From: Mayamaea pseudoterrestris
Lineage: Eukaryota
Assembly (NCBI GenBank): GCA_027923505.1
Contig: BROI01000012.1
Span: 124,001-188,000 of the forward strand
Reading direction: 5' to 3'
Length of the DNA stretch: 64,000 nt
Part shown: piece by piece, positions 45,101 to 55,814 of the stretch
Numbering within the stretch: the stretch's first letter is position 1
Layout of the letters: the number at the start of each line of letters is the position of its first letter
Translations under genes and position numbers: made by a program
The notes under the pieces: generated by a model
Told to the model about the DNA's origin: nothing
The model's input: the letters and a program-made list of their open reading frames with translations, nothing else
Database searches by the model: none

Positions 45101-48100
45101 TACAGGGCCTGCTGTAGGGGCGTTGGAATGTCATGGCATCTGCGGGCTGAGACTGGTGACAAGTTGTCACCAAATACATTGCCATCCCCTGAGACACCAG
45201 CCAAGCTTACCATCATATAGCGCAGCCTGAATAATGATGTTGGCACCATTATGGTGTAATTTGGGCACCTACAGGGCCTGCTGTAGGGGCGTTGGAATGT
45301 CATGGCATCTGCGGGCTGAGACTGGTGACAAGCTGTCACCAAATACATTGCCATCCCCTGAGACACCAGCCAAGCTTACCATCTTGTAGCGCAGCCTGAA
45401 TAATGATGTTGGCACCATTATGGTGTAATTTGGGCACCTACAGGGCCTGCTGTAGGGGCGTTGGAATGTCATGGCGAGACTGGTGACAAGTTGTCACCAA
45501 ATACATTGCCATCCTCTGAGACACCAGCCAAGCTTACCATCTTGTAGCGCAGCCTGAATCATGATGTTGGCACCATTCAGGTGTATTTTGGGCACCTACA
45601 GGGCTTGCTGTAAGGGCATTTGAATGTCACGGCAACTGCGGGGTGAGACTAGTGACAAGTTGTCACCAAATACATTGCCATCCCCTGAGACACCAGCCAA
45701 GCCTACCATCATGTAGCGCAGCCTGAATAATGATGTTGGCACCATTATGGTGTAATTTGGGCACCGACAGGGCCTGCTGTAGGGCGTTGGAATGTCATGG
45801 CATCTGCGGGCTGAGACTGGTGACAAGTTGTCACCAAATACATTGCCATCCCCTGAGACATCAGCCAAGCCTATCATCTTGTAGCCCAGCCTGAATAATG
45901 ATGTTGGCACCATTCTGGTGTAATTTGGGCACCAAATGGGCCTGCTGTAAGGGCGTTGGAATGTCACAGCATCTGCAGGCTGAGACTGGTGACAAGTTGT
46001 CACCAAATACATTGCCATCCCTGAGACATCAGCCAAGCCTACCATCTTGTAGCCCAGCCTGAATAATGATGTTGGTACCGTTCTGGTGTAATTTTAACAC
46101 TGACAGGGCCTGCTGTAGGGGCATTGGAATGTCATGGCATCTGCGGGCTGAGACTGGTGACTAGTTGTCACCAAATACATTGGCATCCCCTGAGACACCA
46201 GCCAAGCTTACCATCATGTAGCGCAGCCTGAAAAATGAAGTTGGCACCATTCTGGTGTAATTTGGGCACTGACACGGCCTGCTGTAGGTGCGTTAGAATG
46301 TCATGGCATCTGTGGGCTGAGTCTGGTGACAAGTTGTCACCAAATACATTGCCATCCCCTGAGACACCAACCAAGCCTACCATCTTGTAGCCCAGCCGGA
46401 ATAATGATGTTGGCAACATTCTGGTGTAATTTGGGCACCAACAGGGCCTGCTGTAGGGGCGTTGGAATGTCACGGTATCTGCCGGCTGAGTCTGGTGACA
46501 AGTTGTCACCAAATACATTGCTATCCGCTGAGACACCAGCCAAGCTTGCCATCTTGTAGCGCATTCTAAATAATGATGTTGGCACCATTCTGGTGTAATT
46601 TGGGCACCTACAGGGCCTGCTGTAGGGGCGTTGGAATGTCACGGCATCTGCGGGCTGAGACTGGTGACAAGTTACATTGCCATCCCCTTGAGACACCAGC
46701 CAAGCCTACTATCTTGTAGCGCAGCCTGAATAATAATGTTGCCACCATTCTGGTGTAATTTGGGCACCGACAGGGCCTGCTGTAGGGGCGTTGGAATGTC
46801 ACGGCATCTGCGGGCTGAGACTGGTGACAAGTTGTCACCAAATTCATTGCCATCCCCTGAGACACCAGCCAAGCTTACCATCTTGTAGCGCATCCTGAAT
46901 AATGATGTTGGCACCATTCTTGTGTAATTTGGGCACCTACAGGGCCTGCTGTAGGGGCGTTGGAATGTCATGGCATCTGCGGGCTGAGACTGGTGACAAG
47001 TTGTCACCAAATACATTGCCATCCCCTGAGACACCAGCCAAGCTTACCACCTTGTAGCCCAGCCTGAATAATGATGTTGGCACCTTTCTGGTGTAATTTG
47101 GGCACCGACAGGGCCTGCTGTAGGGGCGTTGGAATGTCATGGCATCTGCGGGCTGAGACTGGTGACAAGTTGTCACCAAATACATTGCCATCCCGTAAGA
47201 CATCAGCCAAGCTTACCCTCTTGTAGCGTAGCCTGAATAATGATGTTGGCACCATTCTGGTGTAATTTGGGCACCTACAGGGCCTGCTGTAGGGGCGTTG
47301 GAATGTCATCGCATCTGCGGGCTGAGACTGGTGACAAGTTGTCACCAAATACATTGCCATCCCCTGAGATATCAGCCAAGCCTACCATTTTGTAGCCCAG
47401 CCTGAATAATGATGTTGGCACCGTTCTGGTGTAATTTGGGCACCTACAGGGCCTGCTGTAGGTGTGTTTGAATGTCATGGGCACCTACAGGGCCTGCTGT
47501 AGGGGCGTTGGAATGTCATGGCGAGACTGGTGACAAGTTGTCACCAAATACATTGCCATCCTCTGAGACACCAGCCAAGCTTACCATCTTGTAGCGCAGC
47601 CTGAATCATGATGTTGGCACCATTCAGGTGTATTTTGGGCACCTACAGGGCTTGCTGTAAGGGCATTTGAATGTCACGGCAACTGCGGGGTGAGACTAGT
47701 GACAAGTTGTCACCAAATACATTGCCATCCCCTGAGACACCAGCCAAGCCTACCATCATGTAGCGCAGCCTGAATAATGATGTTGGCACCATTATGGTGT
47801 AATTTGGGCACCGACAGGGCCTGCTGTAGGGCGTTGGAATGTCATGGCATCTGCGGGCTGAGACTGGTGACAAGTTGTCACCAAATACATTGCCATCCCC
47901 TGAGACATCAGCCAAGCCTATCATCTTGTAGCCCAGCCTGAATAATGATGTTGGCACCATTCTGGTGTAATTTGGGCACCAAATGGGCCTGCTGTAAGGG
48001 CGTTGGAATGTCACAGCATCTGCAGGCTGAGACTGGTGACAAGTTGTCACCAAATACATTGCCATCCCTGAGACATCAGCCAAGCCTACCATCTTGTAGC

Positions 48101-49695
48101 CCAGCCTGAATAATGATGTTGGTACCGTTCTGGTGTAATTTTAACACTGACAGGGCCTGCTGTAGGGGCATTGGAATGTCATGGCATCTGCGGGCTGAGA
48201 CTGGTGACTAGTTGTCACCAAATACATTGGCATCCCCTGAGACACCAGCCAAGCTTACCATCATGTAGCGCAGCCTGAAAAATGAAGTTGGCACCATTCT
48301 GGTGTAATTTGGGCACTGACACGGCCTGCTGTAGGTGCGTTAGAATGTCATGGCATCTGTGGGCTGAGTCTGGTGACAAGTTGTCACCAAATACATTGCC
48401 ATCCCCTGAGACACCAACCAAGCCTACCATCTTGTAGCCCAGCCGGAATAATGATGTTGGCAACATTCTGGTGTAATTTGGGCACCAACAGGGCCTGCTG
48501 TAGGGGCGTTGGAATGTCACGGTATCTGCCGGCTGAGTCTGGTGACAAGTTGTCACCAAATACATTGCTATCCGCTGAGACACCAGCCAAGCTTGCCATC
48601 TTGTAGCGCATTCTAAATAATGATGTTGGCACCATTCTGGTGTAATTTGGGCACCTACAGGGCCTGCTGTAGGGGCGTTGGAATGTCACGGCATCTGCGG
48701 GCTGAGACTGGTGACAAGTTACATTGCCATCCCCTTGAGACACCAGCCAAGCCTACTATCTTGTAGCGCAGCCTGAATAATAATGTTGCCACCATTCTGG
48801 TGTAATTTGGGCACCGACAGGGCCTGCTGTAGGGGCGTTGGAATGTCACGGCATCTGCGGGCTGAGACTGGTGACAAGTTGTCACCAAATTCATTGCCAT
48901 CCCCTGAGACACCAGCCAAGCTTACCATCTTGTAGCGCATCCTGAATAATGATGTTGGCACCATTCTTGTGTAATTTGGGCACCTACAGGGCCTGCTGTA
49001 GGGGCGTTGGAATGTCATGGCATCTGCGGGCTGAGACTGGTGACAAGTTGTCACCAAATACATTGCCATCCCCTGAGACACCAGCCAAGCTTACCACCTT
49101 GTAGCCCAGCCTGAATAATGATGTTGGCACCTTTCTGGTGTAATTTGGGCACCGACAGGGCCTGCTGTAGGGGCGTTGGAATGTCATGGCATCTGCGGGC
49201 TGAGACTGGTGACAAGTTGTCACCAAATACATTGCCATCCCGTAAGACATCAGCCAAGCTTACCCTCTTGTAGCGTAGCCTGAATAATGATGTTGGCACC
49301 ATTCTGGTGTAATTTGGGCACCTACAGGGCCTGCTGTAGGGGCGTTGGAATGTCATCGCATCTGCGGGCTGAGACTGGTGACAAGTTGTCACCAAATACA
49401 TTGCCATCCCCTGAGATATCAGCCAAGCCTACCATTTTGTAGCCCAGCCTGAATAATGATGTTGGCACCGTTCTGGTGTAATTTGGGCACCTACAGGGCC
49501 TGCTGTAGGTGTGTTTGAATGTCATGGCATCTGCGGGCTGAGACTGGTGACAAGTTGTTACCAATCACATCGCAGTCTACTGAGACAATATTATTAAACC
49601 TACCACCTTGTGGCGTCGCCTAAATAATGATGTTGGCACCATTCCGGTGTAATATGGGTGTATACATGGCTTGCTGTAGAGGCGTTTGAATGTCA
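42118..49695 (+). repeat. 169-bp satellite array, right arm (~45 monomers), including a 2,047-bp tandem duplication
   Basis: Same monomer and orientation as the left arm; degenerates at 49560-49695. Confidence 0.97.
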
Positions 49696-49967
49696 AGATC
49701 CCTACAATCCTACTGTCTAAGATTTTTGCATCTGGAGAAGCAGCAGCTGCATTGGCGCACGTTGTATTTATACATTCTACAACAGTGACTGGAAAGGGGC
49801 GGGGCAGTGTCCCACAGACTGCTAGATCGTTACAGTAGCTACCAGTTAAGTGGTGGTAAATGTGTCGTTGTCCTCCCCTCAAAATGGCCTCGATTCAATT
49901 TCATGAAGCATACTCGTCCATTGCGCAAGACACTCATCAAACCATGACCAAGACATAGACCATGCGT

Positions 49968-51047
49968 CTACGACACGTATTTTGGATAGTACTCGTCAAT
50001 ACTTCGGCCACGCTCCGTCCTGACGTAGGACCTCCATTGGATCGTTCCGCCGACTGGATCGAAGCCGAGCTCATAGACTCGCGCACCGTGCTCGCGAAAC
50101 GCTGGTGATCCGCCGTAGCCAGACTGCCGGCCAAAGCAGTAGTGCATGTTGCTGTTGCTGCTGCTACTACTCGTCCAACGATTGCTGCTGACATTGTCGT
50201 TTTCGAAAGGACAGCAGTAGCTATTTCCATGGTTGTGTCCAACGGCCACGAATCCAACGTTTTGCGCATCCATCAAAGCATTCATCATGCCATTGTCCGT
50301 GACGAGCGGATCAATCATTCCCGTCATAGTATCACCAAAGCATTTGTTACTACTATATGTCATGTCCGCGGTTGGCAAGTGCTGAAAGCAAAAGGTGGCA
50401 ATGTTTGGATCGTTGGTAGCTTGGAACCAATCAACTTGACTTGCGTCAATTTTTTCGGGAAGCATGCCACCTCCACTGTCCAGTAGCAAGACTCGCGACG
50501 CAATGGTTGCATCGTCGCTGGCGTAAATGTCGAGCCAGTAATTGCTTTCGCCGAATATATAATTGGGACCAAGTTGTGTGAGACTGAGTAAACTGCTCGC
50601 CTGATCCACTCGCACTATGCGCGATCTTCCCACGCGGGCTGGTCGGTCGGTTTCCGAGTAGTATGCAACATCATGATTGCCAAATATCAAACACCATGGA
50701 ACGTTGAAAGGTTCCAGTACGCTAGCCAGCTGACGAATGTAGTCGTCGGCATTTGTTCGAATGACTTCGCTCGTGACCATGTCGCCCGACAGTACAATCA
50801 AGCCTGGTTGCTCCAAAGATAGGACGGTTCGAATGGTTTCAAATGTGTATGGATCTTGTTCGCCTGCATTAGTTTCGCCAAGATGAATGTCGGTAATTTG
50901 TACAATCTTGAAGGTTTCTATCCGCGAATTGGTGGTGCGAAAGTTGAGTCGTTGGCGTTCGACATCGGCATCTGCAAGCGACAAGAAGGACATTAGCATC
51001 CATGATAGCAAGACTATCGGCCCTGTAGATTGTGATATTCTTGTCAT
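49968..51047 (-). CDS. Secreted calcineurin-like metallophosphoesterase (DCR2 / purple acid phosphatase-like)
   Basis: Signal peptide; FKIVQITDIHLG, VLSGDMV, FGNHD, FQHLP and VGHNHGN motifs. Confidence 0.88.
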   Translation of the reverse strand: MTRISQSTGPIVLLSWMLMSFLSLADADVERQRLNFRTTNSRIETFKIVQITDIHLGETNAGEQDPYTFETIRTVLSLEQPGLIVLSGDMVTSEVIRTNADDYIRQLASVLEPFNVPWCLIFGNHDVAYYSETDRPARVGRSRIVRVDQASSLLSLTQLGPNYIFGESNYWLDIYASDDATIASRVLLLDSGGGMLPEKIDASQVDWFQATNDPNIATFCFQHLPTADMTYSSNKCFGDTMTGMIDPLVTDNGMMNALMDAQNVGFVAVGHNHGNSYCCPFENDNVSSNRWTSSSSSNSNMHYCFGRQSGYGGSPAFREHGARVYELGFDPVGGTIQWRSYVRTERGRSIDEYYPKYVS

Positions 51048-51311
51048 GCTTATATAATGGTTGTTGAAACCTATTCGTCACAAGGATTTCTTCCTTTGCT
51101 GTGCCTCGTTTTCCTTGGTTTCAGCGAGTGAAATTGTGTGCGCCCGAGGACGTCTCCCTCCACGCGCCCCTCTGCCAGCGAGCGAGCCAGTCTAATGTGC
51201 GGTCGTAGCGGTACTCACCGCCCCGCGCAGCCAATCGACCATGCGAATCCATTCGTTTCTCGCTTGATGCGATCAACGACAAAAACCTCTTGCTTCATCC
51301 ATACTACACCA

Positions 51312-52175
51312 ATGTACAGGTTTCTCTTGCTAATATTTCTTCTAGAATCATGGCGAGTAGATCCATTCACTGTTCTGAAACCAGTGCCTGCAAAGAGAAT
51401 ACGGCAATCGACGCAACGGAGTCAAATTTCAAGCTTGTTATTCGGCAATAACAATTATAATGCAGACGACGAATCAATAAGCTACTCGGCAGCAGAACTA
51501 GTAGATGATGAAGATGACGACGCCGATAGTTTTGGGTTGAACGACACGGAATCCGACTGGATACCCGATCGCGTCAAGGCTAAAGAGCGACGAGAAGCCA
51601 AGCGCGTGCGAGTGGAACGCATCGTCGAGGAGCAGCAGACAGCCAAAGTAGAAGCAGACACAACAGCAGAACAAGCTGATGATAATGACACAAGCGATCC
51701 AATGCTACTCCAAAAACCTCGCGCATCGCCCTACAACGACGAGCAGGAGCGTCTCATAGCCAGCATGGGCGGCAAGCTGCCGCAGACCGCCATGCGCGAA
51801 CCAGGATACTTGGGCGACTGCACGCTGCAGGAGATTGCCTCCGACTACTCTGTGCCCGTCTGCTACTTGGCGGACGTCTTGTGCATGTGGAACGTGCCGG
51901 TGCCCATTGACGTGCGCTCCACGCGACTGGGTGACATGGTCACGGGCGAGCAAGCCTTTGCGATTTTGGAGGCAGTCAACTCGTTGGATATTGCGGCGTT
52001 GCAGGATAGATACTCGAACGATAATATAGTGCAGCTTTGCGCCAATTGGGAACTAGACTTGCCGCAAGTGTTTCAGTTTTGCGTGTCGGAAGGTTGGAGC
52101 TTGCCGTTTGGAGTGAGAACATGTTTGCGGGTGGAGCAAGTGGAGGAGTTGCTTCGCGTCATGCAAAAGATTTAG
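51312..52175 (+). CDS. Hypothetical, probably plastid-targeted protein with two IF2_N-like HTH repeats
   Basis: Start MYRFLLLIFLLESWRVDPF (signal peptide + F); repeats TLQEIASDYSVPVCYLADVL...TRL...EQAFAIL and NIVQLCANWELDLPQVFQFC...TCLRVEQVEELL. Confidence 0.65.
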   Translation: MYRFLLLIFLLESWRVDPFTVLKPVPAKRIRQSTQRSQISSLLFGNNNYNADDESISYSAAELVDDEDDDADSFGLNDTESDWIPDRVKAKERREAKRVRVERIVEEQQTAKVEADTTAEQADDNDTSDPMLLQKPRASPYNDEQERLIASMGGKLPQTAMREPGYLGDCTLQEIASDYSVPVCYLADVLCMWNVPVPIDVRSTRLGDMVTGEQAFAILEAVNSLDIAALQDRYSNDNIVQLCANWELDLPQVFQFCVSEGWSLPFGVRTCLRVEQVEELLRVMQKI

Positions 52176-52292
52176 TAATAGAATGCATGCATGTTTGCAA
52201 CGATAAATATTGAAAGGTGGTAATAAATTGAATTATAGCGTGTACTTATAATGTATTAATCTATCAATAAAGCTCAATTTCCTTAAGCGCAT

Positions 52293-52733
52293 TTACACAA
52301 AAACTCGTCGAAGCACTCTTCGCGAATGAACAGGCGTGGTAATGCGTCGCGGCATGGTCGGTGCGGCGTCTGGAACCTTGAAGGCTGTCGCAAAGATGCT
52401 GCTAATGGCTTCGTCGGAAAAGTCGCAACTCTCAATTCGCTGTGGCAGTTTCAGTGCCATGTCTTCGTGATGAGTATGAACGTCTTGTCGTTGTTCGTTA
52501 ACATCAGTTGGCTGTCTCACTATGAGTGGCTCCCATCGACTTTCGGAAGCAACAGTATGCTGCTGCGGGTCGTTCATCTTGGCCAGTTTGTGGCGACACA
52601 GTGTTCGTCGTCGGCGTCGTGGAGGCGACGAGCATGGCTTGCTAACGGGGCAAGCAGGCGATCGAGCGTTGTCAACTACGAGCTCAAGAGGCTCGGTAAT
52701 AGAGAGTTGCTGGAGAAAGAGGGAGAGAGGCAT
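52293..52733 (-). CDS. Small hypothetical protein
   Basis: ORF MPLSLFLQ...LVVDNARS...SRWE...LPQR...PTMPRR, followed by an AT-rich 3' region convergent with the previous gene. Confidence 0.55.
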   Translation of the reverse strand: MPLSLFLQQLSITEPLELVVDNARSPACPVSKPCSSPPRRRRRTLCRHKLAKMNDPQQHTVASESRWEPLIVRQPTDVNEQRQDVHTHHEDMALKLPQRIESCDFSDEAISSIFATAFKVPDAAPTMPRRITTPVHSRRVLRRVFV

Positions 52734-53485
52734 GGTATTGCTATATTCGTGTTGGGCGAATGGAAATTTGTGAGGCATCGTTCAAGAGGCATCGTGGTTG
52801 ATGCGAAGGTTGTCACTCGGCACGGAAGCACGATTGGGCGTCGGAGTGCAACGTTCGGTCATGGAACGGTAGCGCTTAAGTAAATGATCGTCGCAAGGCC
52901 TGTTCCGTGGCGGTTCCATGCCCGATTAGCGTTCCGTTTGCGTCATTGTTGATCACCTTGACTAGTACTGTAAGAACCTCCGTAGTTGCAGTTTACATAA
53001 GGGGCAATGACAGGTGTGAGAAAGACGGATTTATTCGGTATCGGAGTAACAGTCATCAAATGACTGTTATTAGTCATGAAATGACTGTTAAGGACATCTT
53101 GTAGCCAGATGACTGGAACTATGACCCCGGAATGATCGGAGAAAGGCGAATGCCGGAACTATTTACAATTGCCTATTTGCTCGTCAGACATTCTGCGCAA
53201 TGATTTTGTTCTGCAGACGCAAAGACAGGGTCTATCATTGGTAAACACCAGCATGATGATGCTTGGGCGTTGCACGCAAGCGAACTCCCGTTTGTTCCAC
53301 GTTCTGTAATGAGTCATTGATATTATTAGAAGTACCGCTCCGACGCGACCTCAAACCCGAAACCCGGCAGGCAGCTTCGATCAATCGACGGCCGATCCCT
53401 TCCACCCTTTGCCTTGCTACTTCTACCTATTTTCATGTCGAGACAAGTGAAGAAGCTTCTGTCTATCAATTTCATTGCTGGTAGC

Positions 53486-54922
53486 ATGGCGCGATCATTG
53501 CTCCCAGAAAAGTCAAAGCATCAATATTCATCTGATCGACTTCGATCCATTCGACTCGTTGCCGTTTGCATCACTGGCTGCTTTGTCTTGTCGAGCATTG
53601 GATTATATATATGTATCGATAGTCTTGACGACAGCAATACTTCATTTGATCCATCAGTAAATGGAATCTTTTTGTTGAATTCGATGCGACGAGCTGCTCG
53701 GGAGCGACGATTACCCTCCACTCCTCGCTTGAAGAAACGACAAGCAAATGCTATCAAAGCCGCTAAACAAGACACTCACGCATCTCAATCTACCGGTAGT
53801 CAAAGCAAGCAAACGAAACGACAATTGTTTGAAAAAGAGTTTCCTCCCGACGATATGAATCGCATAGAACGAGTCGTTGCGAGTCTACGAACCGACGATC
53901 CTCAAGTGCCAAGGGTTGATTTCGACTACGACATTGACAATTGTCCAGCTACGCCTCCATCAACCTATCCACACCACTGGAACCTTTTAAATATATTGCA
54001 AGCATGGGATCCAAACAATACAACCATTCCAAGCATCATTTACAATTCACTCTGCGTCTTTGACTTTCGAACCGACGAAGCAATCGTTCAAACCTATCGC
54101 CAAAGAGAAGTTCCCTTTGTCGTTCGTCACTATCCAGACTTGTATAGAGCTACCGAGCGATGGAACTACCAAGACTATTTGCTAAATCTAGTCGGACCAA
54201 ACGTTCCGCAGCGCAACGAACACTCGCGCAATAATCGCTTCATGTTTTGGCGAAAAATACGAGGCATGCCGGCACCGGCAGACTGGAAACCACCGACGGA
54301 CATGGTGCAAATGACACTAAAAGAGTGGATGCGAAAGGCAAACGAGCTGGAGCAGCAAACAAAAGGTCGCGAGAGTGCAGCCGCCAACGTAGTTTCGCAG
54401 ACGGAGCAGGATCACTGGTACTTTCGGTTGAATGGCGCCTACAAGAACTTGAACGACTACTTGTACGACGAGCTACCCTTTTTCCGACCAGATCAACCAC
54501 CCAGCTTGTTCATGGTGGATCCATCCGAGGAGAGAGGCATCAACTGTCGGTTTGGCATGACTGGAGTCACGGCAGAGTCGCACTTTGACCCAACGCGAAA
54601 CTGGATTGTACTACTGGGCGGCCACCGCCGCTACATTCTCAGTCATCCGCGCGAATGCATCAACTTGGAGCTATATCCGCTGGGCCATCCGAGTGGACGA
54701 CACTCGGCGCTAGATTGGAGCAAAGTTTCGTCGTCGTATAGTGGTCCACTTTCGCAAGCCGCGGCGCACGAAGTTGTGCTGCAGCCAGGGGATGCACTCT
54801 ATTTGCCGACTTCGTACTTTCACTTTATAGTATCGCTCGATACAACCTACCAGTGCAACGCGCGGTCGGGTGTTACAACGGAGAATATCCACCACTTGCA
54901 CGAGTGTGGGTTTCCCGTGTAA
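53486..54922 (+). CDS. Membrane-anchored JmjC/cupin-like Fe(II)/2-oxoglutarate oxygenase
   Basis: TM segment near the N-terminus; HxD motif ESHFD and distal LQPGDALYLPTSYFHFIVS. Confidence 0.85.
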   Translation: MARSLLPEKSKHQYSSDRLRSIRLVAVCITGCFVLSSIGLYICIDSLDDSNTSFDPSVNGIFLLNSMRRAARERRLPSTPRLKKRQANAIKAAKQDTHASQSTGSQSKQTKRQLFEKEFPPDDMNRIERVVASLRTDDPQVPRVDFDYDIDNCPATPPSTYPHHWNLLNILQAWDPNNTTIPSIIYNSLCVFDFRTDEAIVQTYRQREVPFVVRHYPDLYRATERWNYQDYLLNLVGPNVPQRNEHSRNNRFMFWRKIRGMPAPADWKPPTDMVQMTLKEWMRKANELEQQTKGRESAAANVVSQTEQDHWYFRLNGAYKNLNDYLYDELPFFRPDQPPSLFMVDPSEERGINCRFGMTGVTAESHFDPTRNWIVLLGGHRRYILSHPRECINLELYPLGHPSGRHSALDWSKVSSSYSGPLSQAAAHEVVLQPGDALYLPTSYFHFIVSLDTTYQCNARSGVTTENIHHLHECGFPV

Positions 54923-55814
54923 AGGAGTGGGCGCTCGGCCAAGGAGAACTCTGCATCTGCACTGAATAGCGATGCTTCATCTGTGATTATTTCGCTGCTT
55001 TGCACTCAGTCTCAACATGCGCCCGCCGTCTGCACTCGGCGTCGGTAAGGACTTTTAGTGCGTTTGTCGATCCATTCGCATGATGCCACCGCGCTAGTGG
55101 CAAATAACACTGTACAATTATAGGGATGGGCTGTCATACCTTGCAAAGGAATAGCATTTTTCTCATTATTGGTACTTCCTAAATTCTAGCAGGGAACAGT
55201 TAGCTCGGTCGAAGATCCGAATTGAAAAGCGCTAGCCGAATTACTATGAGAAACACACCCATTTACTAGCTGCTCTGCCGAAACGACTCAAAGAGGCTTC
55301 AAAGTGGGTTGTCGTTCCAGAGTTTGCCGCTGGCGCCATGGGGAATGGGCCTGGCCCCGTATCGCGAAGTTGACTTGCGCATTGATCTACCAGCCAGGCG
55401 AGTTCGAATCACAAACAGCGAGTCGCCGCGCACGAGCTGGCCCACCAGTGAATGTGTAACTTGAGACAATTTGTGGTTGAACGAAGGGATTGCGAGTTGG
55501 TACGAGAATTGGGCAACGAATGCAAACTGTCGCCTCCGACAAAATACTGAACGAGGCGTCAACATTTCCCGAGAGCCTCTCTTTATCAAGTTATCACATC
55601 CAATCCAGCCAGTATCTAGTCGGGTGAAAGGAATTTGATCGACTATCCGCCGACGCCTACTGTCAGCGCAATGGATCGGGCAGCTGCATTCCCGGCAAGC
55701 TCGCCTACTTAAGATGCACCATTGACGCTAGAAGCCTCCAACACCCTTCCTGCAACGCCTATGGTAGACAAAGCATAATGCTATAATTGAGTATTATTTG
55801 GAACTCCGACTATT

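Noticed and set aside
31717..49564. Dozens of short ORFs such as MSQGMAMYLVTTCHQSQPADAMTF... in the arrays (also 16924-19604)
   Set aside because: By-products of the tandem repeats: 169 and 181 are not multiples of 3, frames rotate every monomer, starts are mostly non-ATG, and variants freely create stops and indels.
31798..49695. CRISPR-like appearance (regularly spaced palindromic repeat)
   Set aside because: The DNA between palindromes is near-identical from unit to unit, so there are no unique spacers; no cas genes; eukaryotic context.
49873..49882. CTCCCCTCAA identical to the Copia PPT region near the array's right end
   Set aside because: Only 10 bp, with no adjacent LTR terminus or pol remnant; likely chance.
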